Positions 38,399 to 47,456 of a DNA stretch of 64,000 bases are shown piece by piece. A program made the translations under genes and the position numbers. The DNA is taken from NCBI GenBank assembly GCA_040767085.1, contig JAXGPF010000013.1, forward strand, positions 64,001-128,000, read 5' to 3'. This DNA is from Kiritimatiellia bacterium. Lineage in GTDB: Bacteria > Verrucomicrobiota > Kiritimatiellia > JAAZAB01. The first letter of the stretch is position 1, and the number at the start of each line of letters is the position of its first letter. A model generated the notes under the pieces. That model was not told the DNA's origin. It made no database searches and worked only from the letters and a program-made list of their open reading frames with translations.

Positions 38399-40709
38399 GC
38401 TTGGTGGCCGCGGCGTCTTCAGCCGGCGCCGGCCGCGGCTGATTGGCCGCCTTTAAAACCGCCAGTAAATCACGGCGCAGGCCGTGGTTCAGGGCATAAA
38501 TCACATACCCGGCCGCGCCGGACCGCATGGCGTCCCGGGCCTGGCCCAGCGTCTGCAGCGGCGTCAGGCGGCTGGCGCCGGAAGCCGCGCCGATGCCCGG
38601 GGCCACCCGGCCGGCGGCGCCGGGCATCGCGGTCTGGGCCGCCGTCCAGGCGGTAAATTCACCCGGGTTGGCAGTGTAGTTCATCGGGCAAACGAAATCA
38701 AGCGCATCTTCCCGCAGCCATTGTCCCCAGTCCTGCCCTTCCGTTGCGATGCAGTCCGGGTAGCGGGGGTAAACGGCGGCGGAAATTTTGCGGCCGGGAT
38801 GTCGCCGGCGGAGCCGTTGCGCGCCGGCATTGACAAAATCGCTGATTTGCCGCGCCCGCCAGGCGCGGTATTGTTCCGCCAGCGCGCCGGTATAGGCCGC
38901 TGCGGGCCAGTCATCCGTTGCCGGCGCGCCGGCTGCCGCCAGAAAAGCCTTGCGGCAAGCCGGGCAGAAACAGTGCCGGCTATCGGGATAACGCACGTAA
39001 TCCAGGTGCATGCCGGCCGCCTCCACGGCATCCGCTAATTCTTCCAGGCGCGCCAACTCCTGTTCGCGGTTCTGGATTTGGGCGGGACACAGCCAGGCGG
39101 CTGCGGCGCCATCCACGGCTTGCTGCAGGCGGCCGGCTTGTTCCAGCTCCCGGAGTTGCGCTGGCGCCAAACCGTCCAGGTTCCAGCAGATATGCCAGAT
39201 GTGCGCCCGCAGACCATGGCGTCGGCAGGCTTCGAAAGCGTCTTGATCCGGCATGCCGGACCGCGGAACGTTAATGAAGACATCCGTCAGGCCGGCGGCG
39301 GCTAATTCCGGCGCCAACCGGCGCCAGTCGTCGGCCTGCATTTCCGCGCCCACCCAGATGCCGCGCCAGCCTTGGCCTGACTCCGGCATGCGCGCGGCGG
39401 CGCGGGCGTCCAGCGCCGCCGACAACTTGTCCGCCAGGCTCCAGGCGGCGGCGGATTCGCCTGACGCCAGGACGGCGCGGGCTTGGTCCCGCAAATGGCG
39501 CAGGGCGGCGCCGTCCGCGGCATGTTCCCAGTCCGGCGCGCTTTCGGACAGGATGTTGTCGAGCGTTTGGCGGACCGCGCCGGCCAGGATGCCTGGCTCA
39601 AATTGATCGAGCAGGACGGCCAGCATGCGGCGTTGCGCCGCCGCGTCGTCTTCCTGCAGGACATGAGTCATCCAGACGCCTTGCGGGGAACGCAGGCAGG
39701 CGGCTTCCGGCTGCCGGCGTCCCTGGGCGTCGCACCACCAGGCTAAAGTTTTGGTTTCCTTGCTGGCCGCGGCCGCCGTGATCAGGTTGGCGGTGGCGCC
39801 TTGGAAGACCTGGGGCGGACCCGCCCAGTCGGATGTCGGAGGGAAGCACATGGCATGCCACCGGCCCGGCTGTCCGGCGGCGGCATAAGCGCCGGGTTGC
39901 ACGCCCATGAGTTTGCCCAGTTTGGCGTCGCTGTTGTAGCAGACTACCAGGCGCCCCTGGCGGTCAAGGTGGCGTTGAATATTTTTCAACATCGCGGCGT
40001 TAAGATGCGGATGGCATGGCAGGATCAGAATCCGGCGCCGCCCCAGCACGTGCCGGGATTCCAGGTCCGTGTCGGACAGCATGGCGTAGGGTGCGCCCAT
40101 TGCCGTCAATTGCGTCCCGATCCAATCGGCGGCCCTGGCTCCGAAAGCCCGTTCGCCGGGATTGGCAAACACCGCCGGACCGGGCCGGGCCACCGCAATT
40201 GCCGCCGTCCTGGCCCGTGCCGCATGCAGCATCAAGCGTCCGGGGCCGCGTTTGGCCGACCAGGGGGATATACGGAAACCCGACGTTGCGCGCCATTCGG
40301 CCGGCGTATCCAGGGATTCAAAATCAGCCTTGGGAATCCAATGGCGGACGCGTCCCTGGCGGATCGGCAAAGCCGCCGCCCGCCAGCCTTGGCCGGCGCG
40401 GAAGTACCAGGTGGCGGATTGAAAAGCGCCGGGATTGTCGCAGGTGTACTCCAACTCCAGCCCGTCGGCCTCGCTTAAATCCAGTTGATTATCATAATCC
40501 CAATAATGCCGGTCGGCGCCATCCGGAAACGGGCATACAAAACATTGGCCATCCGCTCCGGCTTCCGCCGGCGGCGCGCCCGGGCCGGGTTGCCACGCGG
40601 AAACGGCCTCCGGCAGTAAAGGGATATCGGCGCATAACACCGGCCGGCAAACCGCGCACGCGATCCATAATGTCAACGCCCGCAGCGCGCCGGCATTATT
40701 CCCAGACAT
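38385..40709 (-). CDS. Glycoside hydrolase-like family 10 (GHL10/DUF187) protein with N-terminal accessory domains
   Basis: WRGIW, HGLRAHIW, WLCPA, GMHLDYVRYP, GQDWGQW, DFVCPMNY; start placed at MSGNN with an AAGAAGG RBS. Confidence 0.8.
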   Translation of the reverse strand: MSGNNAGALRALTLWIACAVCRPVLCADIPLLPEAVSAWQPGPGAPPAEAGADGQCFVCPFPDGADRHYWDYDNQLDLSEADGLELEYTCDNPGAFQSATWYFRAGQGWRAAALPIRQGRVRHWIPKADFESLDTPAEWRATSGFRISPWSAKRGPGRLMLHAARARTAAIAVARPGPAVFANPGERAFGARAADWIGTQLTAMGAPYAMLSDTDLESRHVLGRRRILILPCHPHLNAAMLKNIQRHLDRQGRLVVCYNSDAKLGKLMGVQPGAYAAAGQPGRWHAMCFPPTSDWAGPPQVFQGATANLITAAAASKETKTLAWWCDAQGRRQPEAACLRSPQGVWMTHVLQEDDAAAQRRMLAVLLDQFEPGILAGAVRQTLDNILSESAPDWEHAADGAALRHLRDQARAVLASGESAAAWSLADKLSAALDARAAARMPESGQGWRGIWVGAEMQADDWRRLAPELAAAGLTDVFINVPRSGMPDQDAFEACRRHGLRAHIWHICWNLDGLAPAQLRELEQAGRLQQAVDGAAAAWLCPAQIQNREQELARLEELADAVEAAGMHLDYVRYPDSRHCFCPACRKAFLAAAGAPATDDWPAAAYTGALAEQYRAWRARQISDFVNAGAQRLRRRHPGRKISAAVYPRYPDCIATEGQDWGQWLREDALDFVCPMNYTANPGEFTAWTAAQTAMPGAAGRVAPGIGAASGASRLTPLQTLGQARDAMRSGAAGYVIYALNHGLRRDLLAVLKAANQPRPAPAEDAAATKHAQE

Positions 40710-41034
40710 AAGGATTATCCTTCTTGGAGGTATCGCCGGCATCAGCCTGCGCTCCGTCTGGAATGATTTTACGGAACAGAGCCTGCGGTTGCGGCTTTGG
40801 CGGCACAGCCGCGGACGGCAGTGCGGCTTGCGGTTGGGGCGCCGACGGCGCGGGCGGGGCGTCAACCGGCATGACGAATTTTTCGGCGCGGGCCGGCGCG
40901 GCGGGCTTTTTTTCGGAATGTATTTCCTCCAGATTTTTGCGCCGGACGTGGGAGTTCCAGATGGCGGCGGCGGCAAAAATCAAGCTGAGAATGGTGGCGG
41001 TGACGCCGGTTACGGTTAAGAAGCTGTCATTCAT
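40696..41034 (-). CDS. Small bitopic membrane protein with a Pro-rich linker, first gene of the GT2 operon
   Basis: MNDSF + TM, Pro/Ala-rich region, C-terminal NPYVWE; its stop overlaps the start of the next gene. Confidence 0.6.
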   Translation of the reverse strand: MNDSFLTVTGVTATILSLIFAAAAIWNSHVRRKNLEEIHSEKKPAAPARAEKFVMPVDAPPAPSAPQPQAALPSAAVPPKPQPQALFRKIIPDGAQADAGDTSKKDNPYVWE

Positions 41035-41054
41035 GCTTTTATCCTTACAAGCGC

Positions 41055-41167
41055 ATGATAGAATAAAACGGGGGTGCGTCAAGCTAAATTTTCCCTACTT
41101 CCGGCATGACAAGGTGTTGGGGAAACGAAAAATATGCATTGACTTCCTGAATGTCTGCCGTTACCCT
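41055..41167. promoter_or_regulatory. Divergent sigma70-like promoters
   Basis: Minus strand TTGACG-16-TATCAT (41082-41055); plus strand TTGACT-17-TACCCT (41139-41167). Confidence 0.45.
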
Positions 41168-41247
41168 TTCAAAAGGTAGAGGACGCAAAGGCGCGTATCC
41201 ATTTGATTTTGAATATTTAAAATTTTGCGATAGGTTGCAGGTGTGTT

Positions 41248-41619
41248 ATGGCCAAGATTTTAATCATTGACGACGATCAGACCATTCTGGGGTATTTCAA
41301 GCGCATTCAGAGCAAGTTGCAAAGCGAGGTCGCCGGCGCCTCCAACAGCATGGAAGGCTGCCAGATGGCCCAGGATCCGGAAGTTAAAATTATAATCATG
41401 GATTTCTGCATTCCCGGCGGCCTGGAAAAAACCAATTTGCTCAAAAAGTTGAAAAGCTTGCGCCCGGAATTGCCGGTGATAGTAATTTCCGGTTTTTCCA
41501 CGCCGGAAATCATTGACGAGTGCCAGAAATTGGGCGCCAGCGAATTTTTGACCAAGCCTTTTGAATTGTCTTTTTTGCCCGTGATTATTCAACGCCTGTT
41601 GGATGCCGCGCCGGCTTGA
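41248..41619 (+). CDS. Single-domain response regulator (REC)
   Basis: ILIIDDD, IIMDF..P, VISG, FLTKPF. Confidence 0.9.
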   Translation: MAKILIIDDDQTILGYFKRIQSKLQSEVAGASNSMEGCQMAQDPEVKIIIMDFCIPGGLEKTNLLKKLKSLRPELPVIVISGFSTPEIIDECQKLGASEFLTKPFELSFLPVIIQRLLDAAPA

Positions 41620-41623
41620 TTTT

Positions 41624-42655
41624 ATGATTACCAAGACATTGCTCGGCATTGATTTCTTCGATGAGCATTACGGCGGTGTTTACCGCGGCCGTCCGTTGCT
41701 GATTACGGGCCGCCAGGGCCTTGGCAAAACCGCCATGGGTCTGCAATTTCTGCGTCAGGGCCTGCTGCAGGATGAGTGCTGCCTGATGCTGAGCACCCTG
41801 CCGGCGAATAATCTCGATATTTACGCCGATACGCTGGGTTTCTCGCTCGCGGCGCACGTCAATGCCGGGCGTCTGATTCTACTGGAATGCAGCAATTTCA
41901 ACGGCGACTCCGGGACGGGCATGCTGCCGCCCGAAGGCTTCAACCAGTTGCGGGAAATTATTGATTCCCATATGATTCAACGGGTGGTGATTGACACGAT
42001 TGTGCCGCTGGTGGCGGTGAATCCGCCCACGCGCATAAATGAACACATCTATTCCTTTATGCGCTCTTTTGACCGCTTGGGCGTAACCACCCTGATGACG
42101 ATGCCCAAGCCGGTTTCGCCCATGGCCATCCGGCTTAAAAACGCCCTGGAAGCCACCCTGCCGATTTCAATTTTGCTGAACACTACGGATGCGCCTGCCT
42201 GCTATACGTTCCAGGTGGTGAAATACCTGGGTGCGGCGAAACTGGCGCCGCCCGTGCCGTATGAAATCAAGACGGGGGAGGGCGTTAGCCGGTACGCACC
42301 TTCCAGCGGCCAGTTGCCGGCGGAACCGCCGGCGCCCGCCGTTCCGCCGGCGTCCGGATTGAAACTTTCCGCCGCGCGAAAACTGACGCCATTGCCCGCG
42401 CCATTGCCCGCGCCGGCTGCCCAACCCCAGGCCATGCCATCTGCCATACCACCAGCCCGGTTGCAGGACGCCTTTGCCAGCGCCGGGTGGATCGGCGCTG
42501 CTGAACCGGCCAATCCCGCGCCAAAAGCCGGGGAAACTCCTGCGCCACGGCCGCCTTCCCCGCCGCCCAGCAATGGCAAACTGCGGTTTTCGGCGGTTTG
42601 GACGCCGAATGCCGCGTCAAAAAAATCGCGGCTTGACCAGGCCACACCAGGTTGA
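41624..42655 (+). CDS. KaiC/RAD55-like RecA-superfamily ATPase with a Pro-rich tail
   Basis: LGIDFFDE..GGVYRG..GRQGLGKT..QFL..GL; RVVIDT; QVVKY. Confidence 0.8.
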   Translation: MITKTLLGIDFFDEHYGGVYRGRPLLITGRQGLGKTAMGLQFLRQGLLQDECCLMLSTLPANNLDIYADTLGFSLAAHVNAGRLILLECSNFNGDSGTGMLPPEGFNQLREIIDSHMIQRVVIDTIVPLVAVNPPTRINEHIYSFMRSFDRLGVTTLMTMPKPVSPMAIRLKNALEATLPISILLNTTDAPACYTFQVVKYLGAAKLAPPVPYEIKTGEGVSRYAPSSGQLPAEPPAPAVPPASGLKLSAARKLTPLPAPLPAPAAQPQAMPSAIPPARLQDAFASAGWIGAAEPANPAPKAGETPAPRPPSPPPSNGKLRFSAVWTPNAASKKSRLDQATPG

Positions 42656-42662
42656 ATTATCA

Positions 42663-43505
42663 ATGTATTTAGAGTTTTGGAATCTGCGCGAACCGCCTTT
42701 TCAAAATGTGGCCGATCCGCGTTTTGCCTATTTGTGCGAGCAGCATCATGAAGGATTGGCCAGGTTGGTGTACCTGGTGCAGAACCGCAAACTCGGCGGC
42801 GTGCTGGCCGGGCCCTACGGCATCGGAAAGTCTATGGTGCTGGAGTTGCTGGCCCAGGAAGTGCGCCGCGACAACACATCGCAATTCATCGGCATGGATT
42901 ATCTGCCCGGCAAGCCGATTACGCTGGCCCGTCACATCCTGGCGCTGATGAATTACGCCGAGCAGGCGCAGTCCTTGCAGGAGCCGTTCGACGTCATTGC
43001 CTTTTTGCGCCAGAAAAACACGCAGGTCAAGCATACCGTGCTGGCGATAGACGAGGCCCAGTCCATCGCGGATCCGGAGGTTTATTACTTCCTGCAGTTG
43101 CTGACGAATATTACCATCACCGACCGCCAGCATGGCCTGTCGCCGGCGTTTACCCTCATCCTGGCCGGGGCCAGCGATCTGCATCAGGCGGTGATGAGCC
43201 GGGAATCCATCCGCCAGCGGCTGCAAATCGTCTGGAATCTGGAGCCGCTCAATCCCCGGCAGGTTGTGGAATACGTCCAGCACCGCATCCGCGTGGCCGG
43301 CGGCGATATCTGGATCTTCGATGCCGCCGCGTTGGACGCCCTGGCCCCGGCCCGGGGCATTCCGCGGCTGATCAACAACATTTGCGATGTAGCGCTGATG
43401 CTGGGATTTGCCGCCAATGTCCGGCAGGTCAACCATGACATCATGCAGCAGGCGGTGCAGGAAACCTGCGTGCAAGGCCCTCACGCCGCGCCGCCGCCGC
43501 CGTAA
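42663..43505 (+). CDS. ExeA/GspA-family AAA ATPase
   Basis: MYLEFWNLREPPF..DPRF, GPYGIGKS, IDEAQ, YVQHRI, GIPRLINNICD. Confidence 0.88.
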   Translation: MYLEFWNLREPPFQNVADPRFAYLCEQHHEGLARLVYLVQNRKLGGVLAGPYGIGKSMVLELLAQEVRRDNTSQFIGMDYLPGKPITLARHILALMNYAEQAQSLQEPFDVIAFLRQKNTQVKHTVLAIDEAQSIADPEVYYFLQLLTNITITDRQHGLSPAFTLILAGASDLHQAVMSRESIRQRLQIVWNLEPLNPRQVVEYVQHRIRVAGGDIWIFDAAALDALAPARGIPRLINNICDVALMLGFAANVRQVNHDIMQQAVQETCVQGPHAAPPPP

Positions 43506-43557
43506 ATGCTACAGGCAGGGTTGGTCAGGCCCTGACGGCCATCCGGCACGCCGCCGT

Positions 43558-45660
43558 TTACTCCAGCACGGTCAATGCCAGGGTGTCGTAAACGATCGGG
43601 CCGCCGGGGTAATTCAGGATGCCATCCAGGGCGTCAATGGCGAAAAACAGCGTGTAATGCCCGGGCGCCAGCAGCGCGCCTTCAATCAGGGTGACGGGCG
43701 AGGGCATGTCCATCAGTTGTCCCTGGTAAACGGGGCGGCACTGGTCGAAATCCCCGGCCGGAAACGGCGTCCAGATGCCGGCCTCGTTCAGGCCAAACCA
43801 GTAGTCCCCGTAATCCGGAATCACCACCATCCACCAATCGGCGGGCAAACCGGCATAGAATCCGGAAAACATGGTGGCGGTAATGGTGACCGGTTCGCCT
43901 GGTTCCACGGTCAGCGCGCCGCTGTGGCCGTTGGCCAGGATCGACGGCGCCGGCGGCAGAAACACCTGCACGTCGGTATCGCTGTCGCTGACTGCCGCGC
44001 CGGCCGGCGTCTGCCCCGTGACGGTGGCGGTGTTGGAAAACACGCCGGCAGCCAGGTCGGCGGGAGCGATGAGATAGACGCCGCTGAAGGTGGTTTTGTC
44101 CACTTCGCCCGGCGCCAGGGTCATCGGATTGCCGGCAACGGTTATGATCGGATCGCTGACCGTGACATTGGTCAGCGTCACATCGCCCTCGTTGCGGATG
44201 GTAAAAGTGTAAACGATGAAGGCCGCGTAAGTGCTGGGACTGTCAAAGCAGATTTTGCCGGTAAACGGGTAGTTATGAAACTCAAATCCCCGGTAAGTCT
44301 TGACGTCGCCGCCGAACACCGCGCGGCCTTCGATCGATCCGCCGGATAAATCCGCTGAGGCGTGGGGCGCCAGCACGGAACAGGTGTGGGTGAACCCGGA
44401 ACTGACGATATTGGTGGCATCCACGTAGTTGAAAAGCACTTTTTCGCGTGTGACGCCGCTTATGTTCATGGTGGAGTTTTGATAATGCACCTCGGCGCCA
44501 TGGATGTTTACCAGGACGGACGATTCCGGCGGCGCGGTAATGTCAAGGTAGACGTTGATGACGGCGCCGGGCGGCACGGTCAGGTTGAACACGTTCAGTG
44601 CCGGATCGTTGCCCGTCAGGGTGATGAAGTAAGGCTGCGAAGTGTCCTTGACCGCTACGCCGCGGTCGGCGAAATGGCCGAGAATGGCGCTGCGTCCGGT
44701 CAGCAGCGACTGCAGTTCGGCAAAGCTCATGCCGCTGCCGTCATACGGCGCATTGCCCTGGGCGTCGAACGTCACCGGCATGACATGGCGCAGGACATTC
44801 CCATTCGGCATGATCCGCGGGGGGCCGAAGCGTGTGCCCCCGTAAACGATGTTGCCGTTGACGTTGAAAACTCCGTCGTAAAGGTCGCCGCCGACAATCA
44901 GCATGTCCACGGCATCGCCGTAATTGACGGGGATGGGCTGGCCGACCAGGGGAATGCCCACGCTGTAGCCGACTTCGAAACGGGCCGTACCGCCCACCGC
45001 CAGCCTGTTTTCAGTATCGCCGCCCATGGCCAAGAAATCGCCGAAAATCAATGCGTTAAATGCGTGGGCCAGGCCGAAAACATCGCAGATCTGTACCGGG
45101 CGGTAAACCGTGGCGCCGGTCTTGATCAGGGAAATCGCGGCGTTCAGCGCAGTGTCGCAGTCGTCGCTGGGCCCGGTGACGAGGCCGGTGGTAATCTGTT
45201 GTCCGGCCTTGACGGCGAAGGTTATATCGTCCGCGGCATAATTGCCGTTGACGGTCATGTAATAATACCGGGTTTCAATATCCTGGAATCCCTTGTCGAA
45301 TTTCAGCCCGGAGACGCCGGTGGTCGGGTCCCGCTTTGGCCGGGCGGGGAACGATCCCGGCTCCGGCTTGCCGCCGCCGGCAATGCGGGATTCGGGATCA
45401 ACGCCATCCCATACGCCGGCATCGAGAATCAGGATGGTTTCGCAGGCCAGCCCCAGCACGTAATGGCTGATGGCCGGCGGCCCGTGCGATTCAACCATGT
45501 AAAACCAGGTGGACTGGCCGGCTTCCGGGTAATCGTACTTGACGTCCACGCAGATGACATAATGATCGCCGATATGGGACGGCTTCGCTCCCGCGATCAT
45601 GGGCAAGCAACAAACCGCGCACAACAGCGCCTGCCGCATCCAACGCATTAATGCTTGCAT
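43558..45660 (-). CDS. Secreted choice-of-anchor A family protein with a DUF11-like domain
   Basis: Signal peptide; FNALIFGDF..DTENRLAVGG..EFHNYPFTG; YTFTIRNEGDVTLTNVTVSDP; GGAGG RBS. Confidence 0.8.
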   Translation of the reverse strand: MQALMRWMRQALLCAVCCLPMIAGAKPSHIGDHYVICVDVKYDYPEAGQSTWFYMVESHGPPAISHYVLGLACETILILDAGVWDGVDPESRIAGGGKPEPGSFPARPKRDPTTGVSGLKFDKGFQDIETRYYYMTVNGNYAADDITFAVKAGQQITTGLVTGPSDDCDTALNAAISLIKTGATVYRPVQICDVFGLAHAFNALIFGDFLAMGGDTENRLAVGGTARFEVGYSVGIPLVGQPIPVNYGDAVDMLIVGGDLYDGVFNVNGNIVYGGTRFGPPRIMPNGNVLRHVMPVTFDAQGNAPYDGSGMSFAELQSLLTGRSAILGHFADRGVAVKDTSQPYFITLTGNDPALNVFNLTVPPGAVINVYLDITAPPESSVLVNIHGAEVHYQNSTMNISGVTREKVLFNYVDATNIVSSGFTHTCSVLAPHASADLSGGSIEGRAVFGGDVKTYRGFEFHNYPFTGKICFDSPSTYAAFIVYTFTIRNEGDVTLTNVTVSDPIITVAGNPMTLAPGEVDKTTFSGVYLIAPADLAAGVFSNTATVTGQTPAGAAVSDSDTDVQVFLPPAPSILANGHSGALTVEPGEPVTITATMFSGFYAGLPADWWMVVIPDYGDYWFGLNEAGIWTPFPAGDFDQCRPVYQGQLMDMPSPVTLIEGALLAPGHYTLFFAIDALDGILNYPGGPIVYDTLALTVLE

Positions 45661-45927
45661 GCCGCCTCCCTTGCTCCCGCTGGTGCCGAACGGCTGCGCC
45701 ATCAACTTTGGCCGCTCCGGCGCGGGAGGCCGACCGGAGCAGAAAACAAAACCAGGGGATGCCCCATCCGGGACATAACCTCTGCTTATGTCCCGCGTAT
45801 ATCAAAAGCGCCCAGGATGAGCAAGTTAATTTTACCGGTGTGTCGTAAACAAATGACTTGGCCGCATAATTAACAAATGATTTGTCCGCTTAAAGCTGTC
45901 AGGATGGTGCATTCAAAGGGGGGTTAT

Positions 45928-47112
45928 ATGGATGAATATCCGAAGGCAGCACTGGAGCGGGCAATGAAGGTACAGGAAGTGATCTTGCGTGCGATTGAAG
46001 GGCGGTTAATGTGGTGGGAGGCGGCGGAGATACTAGGTGTGAGCTACCGGACCATGCGGCGCTGGAAAGGGCGCTACGAGCGGTATGGTTACGACGGGCT
46101 GCTGGATCGTCGGCGGAAGATACCGGGGCCGCGGCGCGTGCCCCTTGCGACGGTGAAGCAGGTGCTGAGGTTGTACCGAGAAGAATACATGGATTTCAAT
46201 GTGAGGCATTTTCACGAGAAGCTGCAGGCGGAGCATGGGATCGAGCTCAGTTATCAGTGGGTCAAGAGCGCCTTGCAGACGGCCGGGTTGGTGGCGAAGG
46301 CCCGGAAACGAGGGCCGCATCGGCAGCAGCGGGAACGGCGACCAATGGCGGGGATGATGTTGATGGTGGATGGCAGCACCCATGCCTGGTTGCCCCTGCT
46401 GGCGGGCCAGAAGCAGGATCTGATCCTGGTGATGGACGATGCCACCAGCGAAGTCTACACGGCCTATCTTGTGCCCCAGGAAGGGACATTAACGGTGATG
46501 AAGGGGTTGAAAGAAGTCATTATTAAACATGGGGTTTTCTGCAGTCTGTACACGGATCGTGGCAGTCATTTCTTTTATACGCCCAAAGAAGGCGGGGCGG
46601 TGGACCGGCGTCAATTGACGCAAATTGGACGGGCGTTGCAACAGTTGGGGATCGAACATATTCCGAGCTATAGCCCCCAGGGACGTGGGCGAATAGAGCG
46701 GATGTTTAAGACCTGGCAAGGGCGCCTGCCGCAGGAATTAAGGCAGGCGGGAATCCGGACGATGGCCGAGGCCAACGTCTATATTCAACAACAGTTTCTG
46801 CCTTCCTTCAATCGCAACATGAAGGTGAAGGCGCGGGAAACAGGAACGTGTTTCGTGCCTTGCGGTGAGCAGGATTTGGACAGCATTTTCTGTGTGCAGC
46901 ATGCGCGAGAGGTTCAAAATGACAATACCGTGGCTGTCGGGAGTCGCCGCTTGCAGATTGGACCATCAAAATGGCGTTTCAGCTTCGCCAAGTGCCGGGT
47001 TAAAGTCTGCGAGCACCTCGATGGCACGGTGTCCATCCGTTATGGCCCGCATGTGGTTGGCCGCTACCAAGGACCGTTGAACATTTCGGCGTCGCTGGAG
47101 GACGTCGCATAA
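45928..47112 (+). CDS. DDE transposase (IS1202/ISNCY type)
   Basis: HTH; VDGSTHAW, MDDATSE, YTDRGSHF, SPQGRGRIER..TWQGRL. Confidence 0.92.
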   Translation: MDEYPKAALERAMKVQEVILRAIEGRLMWWEAAEILGVSYRTMRRWKGRYERYGYDGLLDRRRKIPGPRRVPLATVKQVLRLYREEYMDFNVRHFHEKLQAEHGIELSYQWVKSALQTAGLVAKARKRGPHRQQRERRPMAGMMLMVDGSTHAWLPLLAGQKQDLILVMDDATSEVYTAYLVPQEGTLTVMKGLKEVIIKHGVFCSLYTDRGSHFFYTPKEGGAVDRRQLTQIGRALQQLGIEHIPSYSPQGRGRIERMFKTWQGRLPQELRQAGIRTMAEANVYIQQQFLPSFNRNMKVKARETGTCFVPCGEQDLDSIFCVQHAREVQNDNTVAVGSRRLQIGPSKWRFSFAKCRVKVCEHLDGTVSIRYGPHVVGRYQGPLNISASLEDVA

Positions 47113-47115
47113 ACT

Positions 47116-47141
47116 TTTTCCTCCCCCGCGGGGGAGGAAAA
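47116..47141. terminator. Perfect 26-bp palindrome after the transposase (terminator-like)
   Basis: ttttcctcccccgcgggggaggaaaa is its own reverse complement. Confidence 0.6.
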
Positions 47142-47354
47142 TCCTCACCCCAGGAGCAACAACACACAATAACAAATCGGACAGATCACTTGTTACAAAA
47201 AGCGGACACTTGACTTGTTACGAACAGTTAATTTTACCGGTGAAATTTTATCGGTGTTTGCACTTGCCAAGGCTTGACATGCCGCCGGAATATGATAGGG
47301 TAACACGACATTTCGCACGGGAGTTTGATGGCGCAACTTCCGGGGTGCCGATTT

Positions 47355-47429
47355 GGGCCGTTAACTCAGCGGGAGAGTGCTATCCTCACACGGTAGAAGT
47401 CACAGGTTCAAATCCTGTACGGCCCACCA
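47355..47429 (+). tRNA. tRNA-Val (CAC)
   Basis: GGGCCGT/ACGGCCC acceptor stem, ctatc-CT CAC AC-ggtag anticodon arm, GGTTCAAATCC, encoded CCA. Confidence 0.95.
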
Positions 47430-47456
47430 TGCGCCTGCGCTGGTCCGTTCCATACC

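Larger units (their letters stand above)
45841..47226 (+). mobile_element. IS1202-family (ISNCY/IS481-related) insertion sequence, 1386 bp, with a 16-bp target duplication
   Basis: TGT...ACA ends; repeated subterminal AACAARTGAYYTGTCCG-like boxes; GTTAATTTTACCGGTG at 45825-45840 and 47227-47242. Confidence 0.88.

Noticed and set aside
40710-40976. N-terminal extension of the GHL10 ORF
   Set aside because: It overlaps the small TM gene; an RBS and signal-like sequence support 40709
41624-42655. Circadian clock KaiC
   Set aside because: Single ATPase domain and no kaiA/kaiB
42663-43505. Type II secretion system locus
   Set aside because: No ExeB, secretin or pseudopilin genes nearby
45825-45840. 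dif/Xer site as the IS1202 target
   Set aside because: No XerC/XerD arm consensus (e.g. TTATGTTAAAT) at the empty site, and the DR is long
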